Below are positions 11,201-18,562 of a DNA stretch of 64,000 nt, piece by piece (position 1 is the stretch's first letter; each line of letters opens with the position of its first letter). Source of the DNA: Candidatus Omnitrophota bacterium (GTDB lineage: Bacteria > Omnitrophota > Omnitrophia > Omnitrophales > Aquincolibacteriaceae); assembly GCA_030698625.1 (NCBI GenBank), contig JAUYMS010000011.1, positions 4,373-68,372 of the forward strand, written 5' to 3'. The translations under genes were made by a program, and so were the position numbers. The notes under the pieces were generated by a model, which saw only the letters and a list, made by a program, of their open reading frames with translations, did no database searches and had not been told where the DNA came from.

Positions 11201-13954
11201 CCCGTGGATCTTGTCATTGTGAATGAACGCGGGCCCACTTATTCCCAGGATTTACAGGGAATGCTGGAAAATCTTGTCCGAGGCACGCAAACGAGTCACC
11301 GCCATGAAGCGACCGGCGCTCAGGGACACATTTCGATTCTTCGCCTCGGAGCGCTATCTTCCGAAGAGTTTATCGCGCTTCAAAGCGCCGCGCGAATCAT
11401 CCTGAAAAGCCGCGATGGATCAATCGCCCAGCAAGCCGAGCGTTTGGAAACTCTTGAAGTTTTTTCACCGCCCTCGCGCCGCAAATCAGCCCCGGCGCAA
11501 ATAACAAAGAGACCGGCGGAACCATCCCCATTGCAGTTTTTTAACGGACTGGGCGGCTTTTCCGCGGATGGCCGGGAGTATAGCATCCATTTAGGGCCCG
11601 GTCAGTGGACACCCGCGCCCTGGATCAATGTCATTGCCAACCCGCATTTTGGTTTTCAGGTTTCGGAGTCAGGTTCCGGATACACCTGGGCTGAAAATTG
11701 CCGTGAAAACCAGCTTACGCCGTGGTCAAATGACCCCGTCACCGATCCCTCCGGAGAAATTTTTTATCTTCGCGATGAAGAGACAGGCGAAGTCTGGACC
11801 CCCACGCCTCTGCCCATTCGCAAGGACGCGGGGTCTTATGTTTCGCGCCACGGGCATGGCTACAGTCAGTTCGAACACAGCTCACACGGTATTGCCTTGC
11901 GGCTCTTACAGTATGTCCCCGTGAAAGACCCTGTCAAAATTTCCCGCCTTCGCATCACGAATCAATCCGGCCGCACCCGTTTGCTTTCACTGACCGCTTA
12001 TGTTGAATGGGTGCTGGGCACCTCCCGCGACAGCTGTGCCCCTTTCATCATAACCCGCATCGATGAAAAAACAGGCGCAATGCTGGCGGCGAATCCCTGG
12101 AACAGCGAGTTTGCCGGGCGTACGGCCTTTGCCGATTTAAGCGGCTTGCAAACCGCATGGACCGCCGACCGCACGGAATTTTTAGGGCGCAACGGAACGT
12201 ACGATCTTCCGGCGGCACTTTTCAAAGACGGTGAATTGTCCGGCCATTGCGGACCCGGACTCGACCCTTGCGCGGCCCTTCAAAAAAGCATCTCCCTGCG
12301 CGCCGGAGAAAGTCTGGAGCTTGTTTTTCTGCTCGGTCAGGGAGAAAATTCAGAAGCGGCGCGGAGCCTGATCCGTCATTACCGCAATGCCGATTTGGAC
12401 GCGGTACTTTCGGCAGTCAAGAAACAATGGGACGATGTTTTGGGTGCCGTTCAAGTGCGCACACCCGACAAGGCAATGGATCTTCTTTTGAATCACTGGC
12501 TTCTTTACCAAACACTGGCCTGCCGCATCTGGGCGCGGTCAGGGTTTTATCAGTCGGGCGGGGCTTATGGCTTTCGGGATCAGCTTCAGGATGTCATGGC
12601 GCTTACCGTCTCAAGGCGTGATCTGGCGCGGGCGCATATTTTACGAGCCGCGGCGCGTCAATTCCCTGAAGGCGACGTGCAGCATTGGTGGCACCCCCCG
12701 TCCGGCCGCGGGGTGCGCACAAAAATCTCCGATGACCTTGTCTGGCTTCCTTATACCGTCACGCATTATCTGACCGTCACCGGCGATTTTAGTATTTTAG
12801 ACGAATCAATCCCTTTTCTTGAAAGTCAGCCGATTCCTCCCGGTAAAGAAGATGCGTATTTTGAGCCCAAGGTTTCCGGAGAAAGCGCAACACTCTTTGA
12901 ACACTGCGCACGGGCACTGAACCGAAGTCTGAGGGTCGGCAGTCACGGCCTGCCCCTGATGGGAAGCGGTGACTGGAACGACGGCATGAACCTTATCGGC
13001 CGCGAGGGCAAGGGTGAAAGTGTGTGGCTTGCCTGGTTTCTTCACTCTGCTCTTTGGGAGTTTGCCAAAATCGCCGAGATACGGGGCGAGTCGGCGCATG
13101 CCGAAAAATGGCGTCTTCATGTCGGCGATTTAAAAGCCGCGCTTGAACATCACGGCTGGGATGGAAAATGGTACCGCCGTGCTTATTTCGATGACGGCAC
13201 ACCGCTGGGGTCTGCAGAGAACCCCGAATGCCGTATCGACTCCATCGCCCAATCGTGGGGGGTACTCTCCGGTGCCGCGGACCCCGCGCGAGCGGCCCGG
13301 TCCATGGCCGCGCTCAAAGAAAATCTCGTTCGCGAAAAGGAAGGCTTGATCCTGCTCTTGACGCCGCCCTTTGATAAAATGAAACCGAGCCCCGGCTACA
13401 TTCAGGGCTATTTACCCGGCATCCGTGAAAACGGCGGCCAATATACACATGCCGGTGTTTGGGCCGTTCTCGCTTTCGCCGCTCTGGGGGACGGCAATAC
13501 CGCCGAAAAACTTTTTTCGCTTTTGAATCCCATCCATCACGGAAGCACGCGCGCCGACATTCAGCGATACAAAGTAGAACCTTATGTCATGGCCGGAGAT
13601 GTATACGCGGGCACGGAACACAGCGGACGCGGCGGATGGTCCTGGTATACCGGCTCCGCGGGTTGGATGTACCGCGCGGGAATGGAATGGCTTCTGGGGT
13701 TCCGGCTACAGGAGAAAGTACTTTTTATGGACCCCTGTATTCCGGAAGCCTGGCCGGGCTTTGAAATTTCTTTTACCTATCACTCGTCGCACTACGAGGT
13801 GCAAGTCGAAAACCCCCAACACGTTTCACAGGGTCTTCAAAGCATCGAGATGGACGGAAAACCCCTGAGCCGCACCGAGGGAATTGCTCTCGCCGATGAC
13901 GGTGCCAAGCACCGGATCCGCATCGTCCTTGGCATGAATAACGGGTTCGTTTAA
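5213..13954 (+). CDS. ndvB: Cyclic beta-1,2-glucan synthase Cgs/NdvB/ChvB (GT84 plus GH94-type phosphorylase C-terminus)
   Basis: 2913 aa; GWERKRGKL, TLDAD, LSHDLFEG, RTHRWVRGDWQ, PPDNFQE, SWSGSMFEYLMP, GAYGFRDQLQD, GDWNDG, RENGGQYTH motifs. Confidence 0.93.
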   Translation: MAQFVTSSRAEKIWKIPFFESVAKKPEEPIRAELFSIERLEQHGESLASSHSITHKQPWGRTILGRVKENGRILSGAYRHITQTIREDRTITPAAEWLADNFHIVEEQILEIIDDLPPAFYRKLPKLTEGFLKGYPRVYGVAWALVAHTDSRFDPDWLRRFVRAYQRINPLLIGEIWALTISLRIILVENLRRLVEQLALSRTGQLKADHLADSLLGLRGLTPAAAEKTLRSFGSRPLEKSFAVQLVLRLRDQGENVAPVLQWLEECLESQGTSAEHLVRQEHQEQTAMNTSVRNVITSMRLISALDWTRFFEDVSVADEILRASSRFETMDFATRDLYRHAIEELALGSGLSEIDVTKQAILAAENAQAVIRKPKTPASVIEIERESDPGYYLISKGRLEFEKQIRCRVSLQRRFFRFYVARATEAYLGTVTLTAAGLLSIPLYYSCLHGMSLTAFIAFAVAGFFPASDLAVALVNQFVTKTMGPRSLPKLDFSKGIPAPFRTLVVIPTMLSSPHAIQENMDRLEIHYLSNPEGYLQFALLTDWTDAPEEHLSEDTALLAAATEGIRKLNDRYGPGPGKSLRFFLFHRRRLWNAADGVWMGWERKRGKLHELNRLLRGDAQTSFLLNSSELAAVPKKICYVITLDADTRMSYGTAYRLAGAMAHPLNRPFIDPESRRVTAGYGIMQPRITPTLPITGEGSLYQWIFSGPIGIDPYAFAVSDVYQDLFQEGSYIGKGIYDLDAFEASLAGRVPENRILSHDLFEGLHARAALATDIELFEEFPSHYEVAVSRTHRWVRGDWQLLPWIAGRPSAAGGHKSKALPFIGRWKMADNLRRSLSAPALLLTLFFAWSFRSAPAAVWMLFILAVIALAPLQPFWGQLMARHKQIPLRRHLRAAAGDFYLALSHIFLTGVFLVHQASLMTDAIARTIYRLFISRRKMLEWTSDAQSQVHADYNLSGFYKRMAAAPLVAVMAPLLLLTFHTSNRLWMMLPFAVLWALSPWIARQISLPIRDAGRGAEALSPTARQSLRLIARKTWQFFETFVDESHHFLPPDNFQEVPEPVTAHRTSPTNIGLYLLSVSAARDFGWIGLSETVERLENSLKTLKELKKYRGHLYNWYDTHTLEPLNPLYVSSVDSGNLAGHLWTLAGTCRQLGQTPLMTNNILSGLADIFTFIQEDASNIRGTQRTETVTQVQLEETLAAIRLCLRGVPESHAQWSAHFSELKKESDTLSDIARALDDGALLKSSDRFARQIHSHAKDFEELIPDQGKPECLTLAEIPALAASALHHLASDPQAAFSIPLIKQKERLEVFLKKANALLSRFSALEHSCEQLVNSMEFGFLFDPVKKIFSIGFQVMEHKLDSGYYDLLTSEARLASFVAIAKGDIPVLHWFRLARSLISLNHKLALVSWSGSMFEYLMPFLVMQSPSGSLLDQTCRRVVQRQIDYGAERAVPWGISESAYNVQNLQHSYQYSNFGVPGLGLKRGLSEDLVIAPYATALAAMINPAAAIQNFRHLAQLNAEGYYGFYESLDFTPERLPEKQKVVVVRAYMAHHQGMILVSLANVLHEGIFRTRFHGEPMVQACDLLLQERTPRAVTVVRVRPNEVPREVRQPVPLVLRRFDSPHEAVPRTQLLSNGRYSVMITTAGSGASRWRDIALTRWREDTTRDASGTYIFLRDVESGAVWSAGYQPTGLEPATYQADFSEDRAEIIRKDGALETTLEVIVSPEDDAELRRVTLKNTGTYTRLIDVTSYAEIVLAPQAADLAHPAFSNLFIHTEFIPEVNGLICHRRARAPDDLIPWAGHVLVVEGKTIGAVQYESNRTRFVGRGRSLRNPVSVLDGKPLSDNAGAVLDPIVSLRCRVPVPPGETVHMTFTTLVSASREETMALADKYHDPAMFERALTLAWTHAHIQQHHLAMEPSEAHLFQNLASRIFYAHNGMRPSPDILKLNTRGPSALWTHGISGDLPIVLVRLNEEDVSGIVRDILRAHEYWRMKNLPVDLVIVNERGPTYSQDLQGMLENLVRGTQTSHRHEATGAQGHISILRLGALSSEEFIALQSAARIILKSRDGSIAQQAERLETLEVFSPPSRRKSAPAQITKRPAEPSPLQFFNGLGGFSADGREYSIHLGPGQWTPAPWINVIANPHFGFQVSESGSGYTWAENCRENQLTPWSNDPVTDPSGEIFYLRDEETGEVWTPTPLPIRKDAGSYVSRHGHGYSQFEHSSHGIALRLLQYVPVKDPVKISRLRITNQSGRTRLLSLTAYVEWVLGTSRDSCAPFIITRIDEKTGAMLAANPWNSEFAGRTAFADLSGLQTAWTADRTEFLGRNGTYDLPAALFKDGELSGHCGPGLDPCAALQKSISLRAGESLELVFLLGQGENSEAARSLIRHYRNADLDAVLSAVKKQWDDVLGAVQVRTPDKAMDLLLNHWLLYQTLACRIWARSGFYQSGGAYGFRDQLQDVMALTVSRRDLARAHILRAAARQFPEGDVQHWWHPPSGRGVRTKISDDLVWLPYTVTHYLTVTGDFSILDESIPFLESQPIPPGKEDAYFEPKVSGESATLFEHCARALNRSLRVGSHGLPLMGSGDWNDGMNLIGREGKGESVWLAWFLHSALWEFAKIAEIRGESAHAEKWRLHVGDLKAALEHHGWDGKWYRRAYFDDGTPLGSAENPECRIDSIAQSWGVLSGAADPARAARSMAALKENLVREKEGLILLLTPPFDKMKPSPGYIQGYLPGIRENGGQYTHAGVWAVLAFAALGDGNTAEKLFSLLNPIHHGSTRADIQRYKVEPYVMAGDVYAGTEHSGRGGWSWYTGSAGWMYRAGMEWLLGFRLQEKVLFMDPCIPEAWPGFEISFTYHSSHYEVQVENPQHVSQGLQSIEMDGKPLSRTEGIALADDGAKHRIRIVLGMNNGFV

Positions 13955-14059
13955 CTCTTCCTGTCGATCGCGGTAACGGCAAAACCCTGTTTGTTGTCCC
14001 CCTGTAAACACACCCTCGAAACTTCTGCTTTTTCAGGCCCGGAAAAAAGGAGGAAGCTC

Positions 14060-14381
14060 AATCAATTCCGAACTATCGTTTGAAATTTGAGCTCAATGCC
14101 GATGGGGCAATGGCCGGAACCTTTTACATCCGGAAGGATCCAGGCTTTGCGGAGGTTCGCGCCCGAAATCCCAGTGAAGCCGTTTTGCGTGATGTTCCTG
14201 AACGACAAATCTTTTCATTCGGAGGCCGGCTCTTTTTTGCATCGCACCACAACGAACAATTCTTTTCCATAGTCTGCAGAAACAACACCCGTTTTAATTC
14301 CTCCCAATAGACAGCTGAATGTTTCTCAAACCATGCTTCGTAGCGCCCGACGCTCTTTTCAAAGGCCGCGACTTTAGGCAT
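14060..14381 (-). pseudogene. Degraded class I SAM-dependent methyltransferase (N-terminal fragment)
   Basis: MPKVAAFEKSVGRYEAWFEKHSAVYWEELK resembles a common methyltransferase N-terminus; the frame then degenerates. Confidence 0.5.
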
Positions 14382-14412
14382 CTTCCATTCCCCCGACTCT
14401 CAATCCTGCTCT

Positions 14413-15096
14413 CTAAGGAAATCTTGCGTTCCGTATGCGATTTAAACTTTCTTCTTTATGCATCCGTTCATCAAGGCCGATGCGCCTAAAGAGGTCGGCA
14501 AGATTTTGATAGTATCCATAATCTTGACTGAACTCACTCTCAAAAACCTCATGCTTCAATTCCGGATTCTCCTTCACGAATTCCATATATTCATGCTCGG
14601 CGTGGTCCTCAAAATCAGCGTTCAAGCCGTAACTCCATGCCGGTTTGATGACATACAGGAGCCATGCAACGTGATAGTAAAAGAAGGCGCTAAATTGAGG
14701 CAGGATTCGGTAAAGAAAAAAGTTTTCTTTGATGTTTTTCTTTTGCGTCAACTCTTCCAGAATCAGCAGGTGCCACTGCTCATTGTCCTGCTGCTGGCGG
14801 GCCTCTTTGACAAACTCAAAGATCCTCCGGGCAAACCCCGGTTCCCCGTAAGTGTGCGTCATGGCAATATAAGCGACATGCTCCCACGATTGATAAGGAA
14901 CGCGGGCAATCACCTCAAGGACTTTAAACTTTGAATAGGTCCTTTTCCGGCCGTAAAAAAGATCCAGTGTGACAAAAAGTAACCAGGCCAGCAGCCCGTA
15001 CCTCCGTCTTCGAGACTTGAGCGTTTCCTCTTGCTCTGCTTTGAGTTCTTCATGTTTGTGTATTTTTGTAAGTTCGTCTATTTCCATGGCACACAC
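14413..15096 (-). CDS. Alternative oxidase / PTOX-like membrane diiron carboxylate protein
   Basis: FKVLEVIARVPY, QDNEQWHL, FEDHAEHEY, DERMH: E/ExxH/E/ExxH diiron ligand set; start may be the ATG at 15087. Confidence 0.8.
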   Translation of the reverse strand: MCAMEIDELTKIHKHEELKAEQEETLKSRRRRYGLLAWLLFVTLDLFYGRKRTYSKFKVLEVIARVPYQSWEHVAYIAMTHTYGEPGFARRIFEFVKEARQQQDNEQWHLLILEELTQKKNIKENFFLYRILPQFSAFFYYHVAWLLYVIKPAWSYGLNADFEDHAEHEYMEFVKENPELKHEVFESEFSQDYGYYQNLADLFRRIGLDERMHKEESLNRIRNARFP

Positions 15097-15111
15097 TCCG
15101 TAATTTTGTTG

Positions 15112-15240
15112 TCAACCCAGCATTGTTCTCACCAGCCATGCTGTTTTCTCATGCGCTTTCAGTCGCTCGGTAACCAGATCCACCGTAACCTAGTCGTGGT
15201 CTCTTTCGGCTCCAGATACAGCCTGCAGAATATCCGTCAC
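15112..15240 (-). pseudogene. dps: C-terminal remnant of Dps (DNA starvation protection ferritin-like protein)
   Basis: Minus frame ..AERDHD*VTVDLVTERLKAHEKTAWLVRTMLG* matches the Dps helix-D consensus (DLLTxRxxxHEKxAWMLR); contains an in-frame TAG. Confidence 0.7.
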
Positions 15241-15243
15241 CTG

Positions 15244-15757
15244 TCAAAAGGAACTGCGTTGCGATTGTTCGTCTTGCGCTTTCTCATATACCTTCTTGAC
15301 GGCACGTGCATTCATCAGTGCTATTCCACCCCCAACAAACAATTCCGGCCATGCGAATTGGGTATTATAAACTGTCAGGAATCCTGCGCCGACGATGGCG
15401 AGTTTAGCCAAAACATCCTTGCGTATCGGAAGGAATACTGCTTTGGCCCTGCTGCCTGGATGCTTACGATAACGCATCAACAGAATCGAACATGATAGAT
15501 TTTACTGCAAGTGCACCTGCGCCTGCGAGCAATAACGGAATAGGTGCAGGTGGTATAGGCATCAAGAGCTTCTGCCCAGCAGTCCAAAGAGTAGCCAGAC
15601 CTGGAACGAGCAGGATTCCATCTAGCACCCTTCCTAGGCGTGTACAAAAATGTGCATTCCGCCTCAATCCAATGAGGACCAAATAATTAACGAAAGCGTA
15701 TTCCAAAAAGCTCAGGCTATCAGCAAATAACGACACTGATCCGATAGTATACGCCAT
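15244..15757 (-). pseudogene. Frameshifted Co/Zn/Cd cation efflux (CDF) transporter
   Basis: Two overlapping ORF pieces: GSVSLFADS..LLVPGLATLWTA..GAGALAV and AVFL..RKDVLA..WPELFVG; 5' end truncated next to the IS. Confidence 0.7.
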
Positions 15758-15796
15758 TGCGAACTAGACAGCAAAGTATGCAAGATTCCCCCAAAT

Positions 15797-17390
15797 CCTG
15801 TTTAGGAATCGGGGCGGTCTTTTCGGGATAGTTTTTAAGGCCTCTTTTTTCGCAAAGCGTTTTTTACGACCCCATTGCAGCGTCCCGGACTGGCTAAGAC
15901 GCCATTAAAAGGACTGAAGCCTCAAAAAACCTCTTCCGAAGACAGAGCCCGACTGTCTTCTTTTGCCGTTTCTGCCGGTTTTGCTTCTTAAAGAACAATC
16001 CGTAATTGCGACAAACAGTGCCGGAATAATGCAAATGTCTTTTCGGTGGCATTGATGATCTTGCAATAATACTTCCGGCCTGTGCGCACGATCTTTCCAC
16101 AAACTCCGATAAACCAATATCGCAACGTCTTCACCGTCCAAGTCCTGGCTGCTTCACCCAAATAAAATAGTTTCATCACCTGCAACACATTGTAAGCCAG
16201 TACATTCAGCAGAAAATAAAACCGGTCCGTATCAAAATCATGGCTTGGAGCATACCCGGCATTTAATCCTTCCTTCAGCTCCTTGTTGTAATTTTCACTA
16301 TTCATCCGTCCGTTGTGAAACTCAAGCCACCTCATCGGATCGATCTCATTGTTATTGGTCCCAATCGCATGATAACAATACGTGTCCTGCTTAAATAAAT
16401 CCGGCTGAGGATTAAGCCACCTTAGCACCAAGGTTCTCACCGCATTACCTTTGTTGGTCACATACACCGTCTCCACCCATTCCTTCTTTCGCTCTAAGTC
16501 CTCTTCCGCTCTCGCAATCTCTTGCCAATCTTTAGGCTTGATCGCCTGAATGCATTCCATCCTCGCCTGATTCTTATCCAGGCTGATATAATAATGCATT
16601 CCTTCCTCTTCACAAAACTCAAAGACCTCATTCTTATGCCCTGCTGAATCAAATCGGGCGCGGGTGATCTTTTTACCGGCGCCCTGCGCTTGTTTGACCG
16701 CCTTACGCAGTTGATTCAATATTCCTGTTTGCGGGCTCACATGCCCGGGCCGGAAATCCATCGTATTACAAATCCCAAGTTCCGATATAAATCCCAACAT
16801 CCCGCTGTGCTGCTTCTTCTTTTGATACGAATACGTTGCGCTCTCTTTCTCAGAGTCAAAGTACGTTGCATCCCCGTCATAAGTAAATTCTTTAAACTCA
16901 CTGTCTCTCATCAGCTTGATCGTAAACTCTTCCTGGGCCTTCCGCAGCTTTCCGGCATTGTCCTTGATCTTTGCATACTCCAATAATGTATCGGGTGAAA
17001 TCATGCTCTGCCAGCCTATCGCGTTCAACAGCCCACGGTCTTCTCGTAAGACCTCGATATCTTCCACCCTCTGCGCACCGGCAATCAAACTCAGTACCCC
17101 AGCCATCACTTTCCGGCTTGCGGCTATCTCCCGATTCGACTCGCCGCCCACGGGCATCCGTCTATCCAGTATCTCCGTCAATCTAAAATGCCTCATGCTG
17201 TGCTCGATCCAGCTTAATCCCATCCGTCCGGTAACATCCTCTTGCGACATTTTTAGCGTGACTTGGTCCAGTTTCCCCGTTAAGATCATTTTTGCCTCCG
17301 CTTGTTATGTTTTTTTCACCCACCAGGTGAAATGGATTCTTTGCCGGACCCATTATAACAACGGAGTTTTTTTATCTATTCCTATTCAGG
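15797..17390 (-). mobile_element. IS1380-family insertion sequence (~1.6 kb)
   Basis: Imperfect 13-bp TIRs cctgtttaggaat (15797-15809) / attcctattcagg (17378-17390), 11/13 match, flanking the transposase; no clear TSD. Confidence 0.8.
15988..17289 (-). CDS. IS1380-family DDE transposase
   Basis: YDGDATYF, FRPG, RFDSAG, HNGRMNSENYNKELK, LAYN, TLRYWFI motifs; 433 aa, intact. Confidence 0.9.
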   Translation of the reverse strand: MILTGKLDQVTLKMSQEDVTGRMGLSWIEHSMRHFRLTEILDRRMPVGGESNREIAASRKVMAGVLSLIAGAQRVEDIEVLREDRGLLNAIGWQSMISPDTLLEYAKIKDNAGKLRKAQEEFTIKLMRDSEFKEFTYDGDATYFDSEKESATYSYQKKKQHSGMLGFISELGICNTMDFRPGHVSPQTGILNQLRKAVKQAQGAGKKITRARFDSAGHKNEVFEFCEEEGMHYYISLDKNQARMECIQAIKPKDWQEIARAEEDLERKKEWVETVYVTNKGNAVRTLVLRWLNPQPDLFKQDTYCYHAIGTNNNEIDPMRWLEFHNGRMNSENYNKELKEGLNAGYAPSHDFDTDRFYFLLNVLAYNVLQVMKLFYLGEAARTWTVKTLRYWFIGVCGKIVRTGRKYYCKIINATEKTFALFRHCLSQLRIVL

Positions 17391-17397
17391 AGTTAGG

Positions 17398-18153
17398 GTT
17401 AAACCCATCAGTGAAACCCAACTGCGAGGCCGCTTAAAAAAATCGGCCATTCGGCTCGAAAACCAGCAGCATTTATTTTTCAACTCTTTCCTGGCCTGGA
17501 GCCGGCAGAGAGTCGCCAGTGCTGACAAAATGATGACTCGCGCCAAAGGTCCGGTGTGGCATAAAAAACAAAAGGAGCAAAACATCATTCCCAAAGGTCT
17601 GAGCGGCATTGATAAGGAAGCGACCTGGTCCTTCTCCAAAGCCGACCGCTGGATTTATGGCCACGGAACTTTCAGCATGGTCTCTCACCGGGTTCCCGTG
17701 CTGGGCTGTTTTATCTGGATGCCCAATTCAGGCAACGAGGCCAAAAAGCTCTGGATGGAATCCAGCCGTTACACAAACCGGCTCGACACCGTTGTGATGC
17801 ATTCCAAAGCCGACAACTGTGACCTTTTTTGAGAATTCCGGATGCAGCGTGATATGACTTTGCTGACACGCTGCCGTAAAAACATGAACAAAACACCGGA
17901 ACGCAGACGCATGATTGCCGTCATGAAACAGCGCAAGCATAAGAAGCTTCTCAAAGAACGCAAACACACGGTCGAACCGATGCAAGGTCTGGTCAAAGAT
18001 ATTTGAGCTCGACCGCTGCTGGATGCGCGGCCACCCAAGCAACCGCTGGCTCTTCGCCGCCATGGGACTTTGCATTCAGATGCACCAGCTTCAAGCGTAT
18101 CGCAAAAAACAATCAACCTGGAATATCAAATCAGAGGTACTCGGCCATGGCTA
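17398..18153 (+). pseudogene. DDE transposase pseudogene (IS4/IS5/IS982-like), 5'-truncated at the IS1380 end
   Basis: Continuous frame ..SADKMMTRAKGPVWHK..DKEATWSFS..WIYG..VVMHSKAD..[TGA 17830-17832]..RKHTVEPMQGLVKDIF..SEVLGHG*. Confidence 0.7.
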
Positions 18154-18255
18154 AATCCCGCTTTGCAACGGCCTTAGCAGCGAGAATAACCCCATTTCTC
18201 CAGGCAGCACGGGTATCTTTACCCATGGGGTTGAGGAAAAAACTCCGCGACCCCT

Positions 18256-18463
18256 CACCGTCGAGCCGATGCAGGGTCTGGTCAAAGATATTTTTGAGCT
18301 CGATCGCTGCTGGATGCGTGGCAACAAAAACAACCGCTGGCTGTTTGCTGCCATGGGTCTTGCGGTCCAGATGCACCAGCTCAAAGCGTATCGCAATAAA
18401 AAATCAACCTGGAAAATCAAATCCGAGGTGTTGGGACATGGTTAAAAACTCCCCGACCCCTCA
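18256..18463 (+). pseudogene. Second, diverged 3' fragment of the same transposase with a putative IS right end
   Basis: TVEPMQGLVKDIFELDRCWMRG..SEVLGHG* paralog of 17966-18153; shared end motif aaaaactcc(g/c)cgacccctca near 18238-18257 and 18444-18463. Confidence 0.7.
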
Positions 18464-18562
18464 AATATATCAACCCCGGCCTTAAGAAGACATTTTTGGC
18501 GTTTCGAGATCATGACATGCCGGGCCCACGGTCGCGATAATCTTCGTGTCCCTCTCCATGGG

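Noticed and set aside
17830-17832. TGA readthrough or alternative genetic code in the transposase
   Set aside because: Many intact genes here end in TGA, and the element is truncated with an apparently mutated catalytic Asp (VVMH), so it is a pseudogene.
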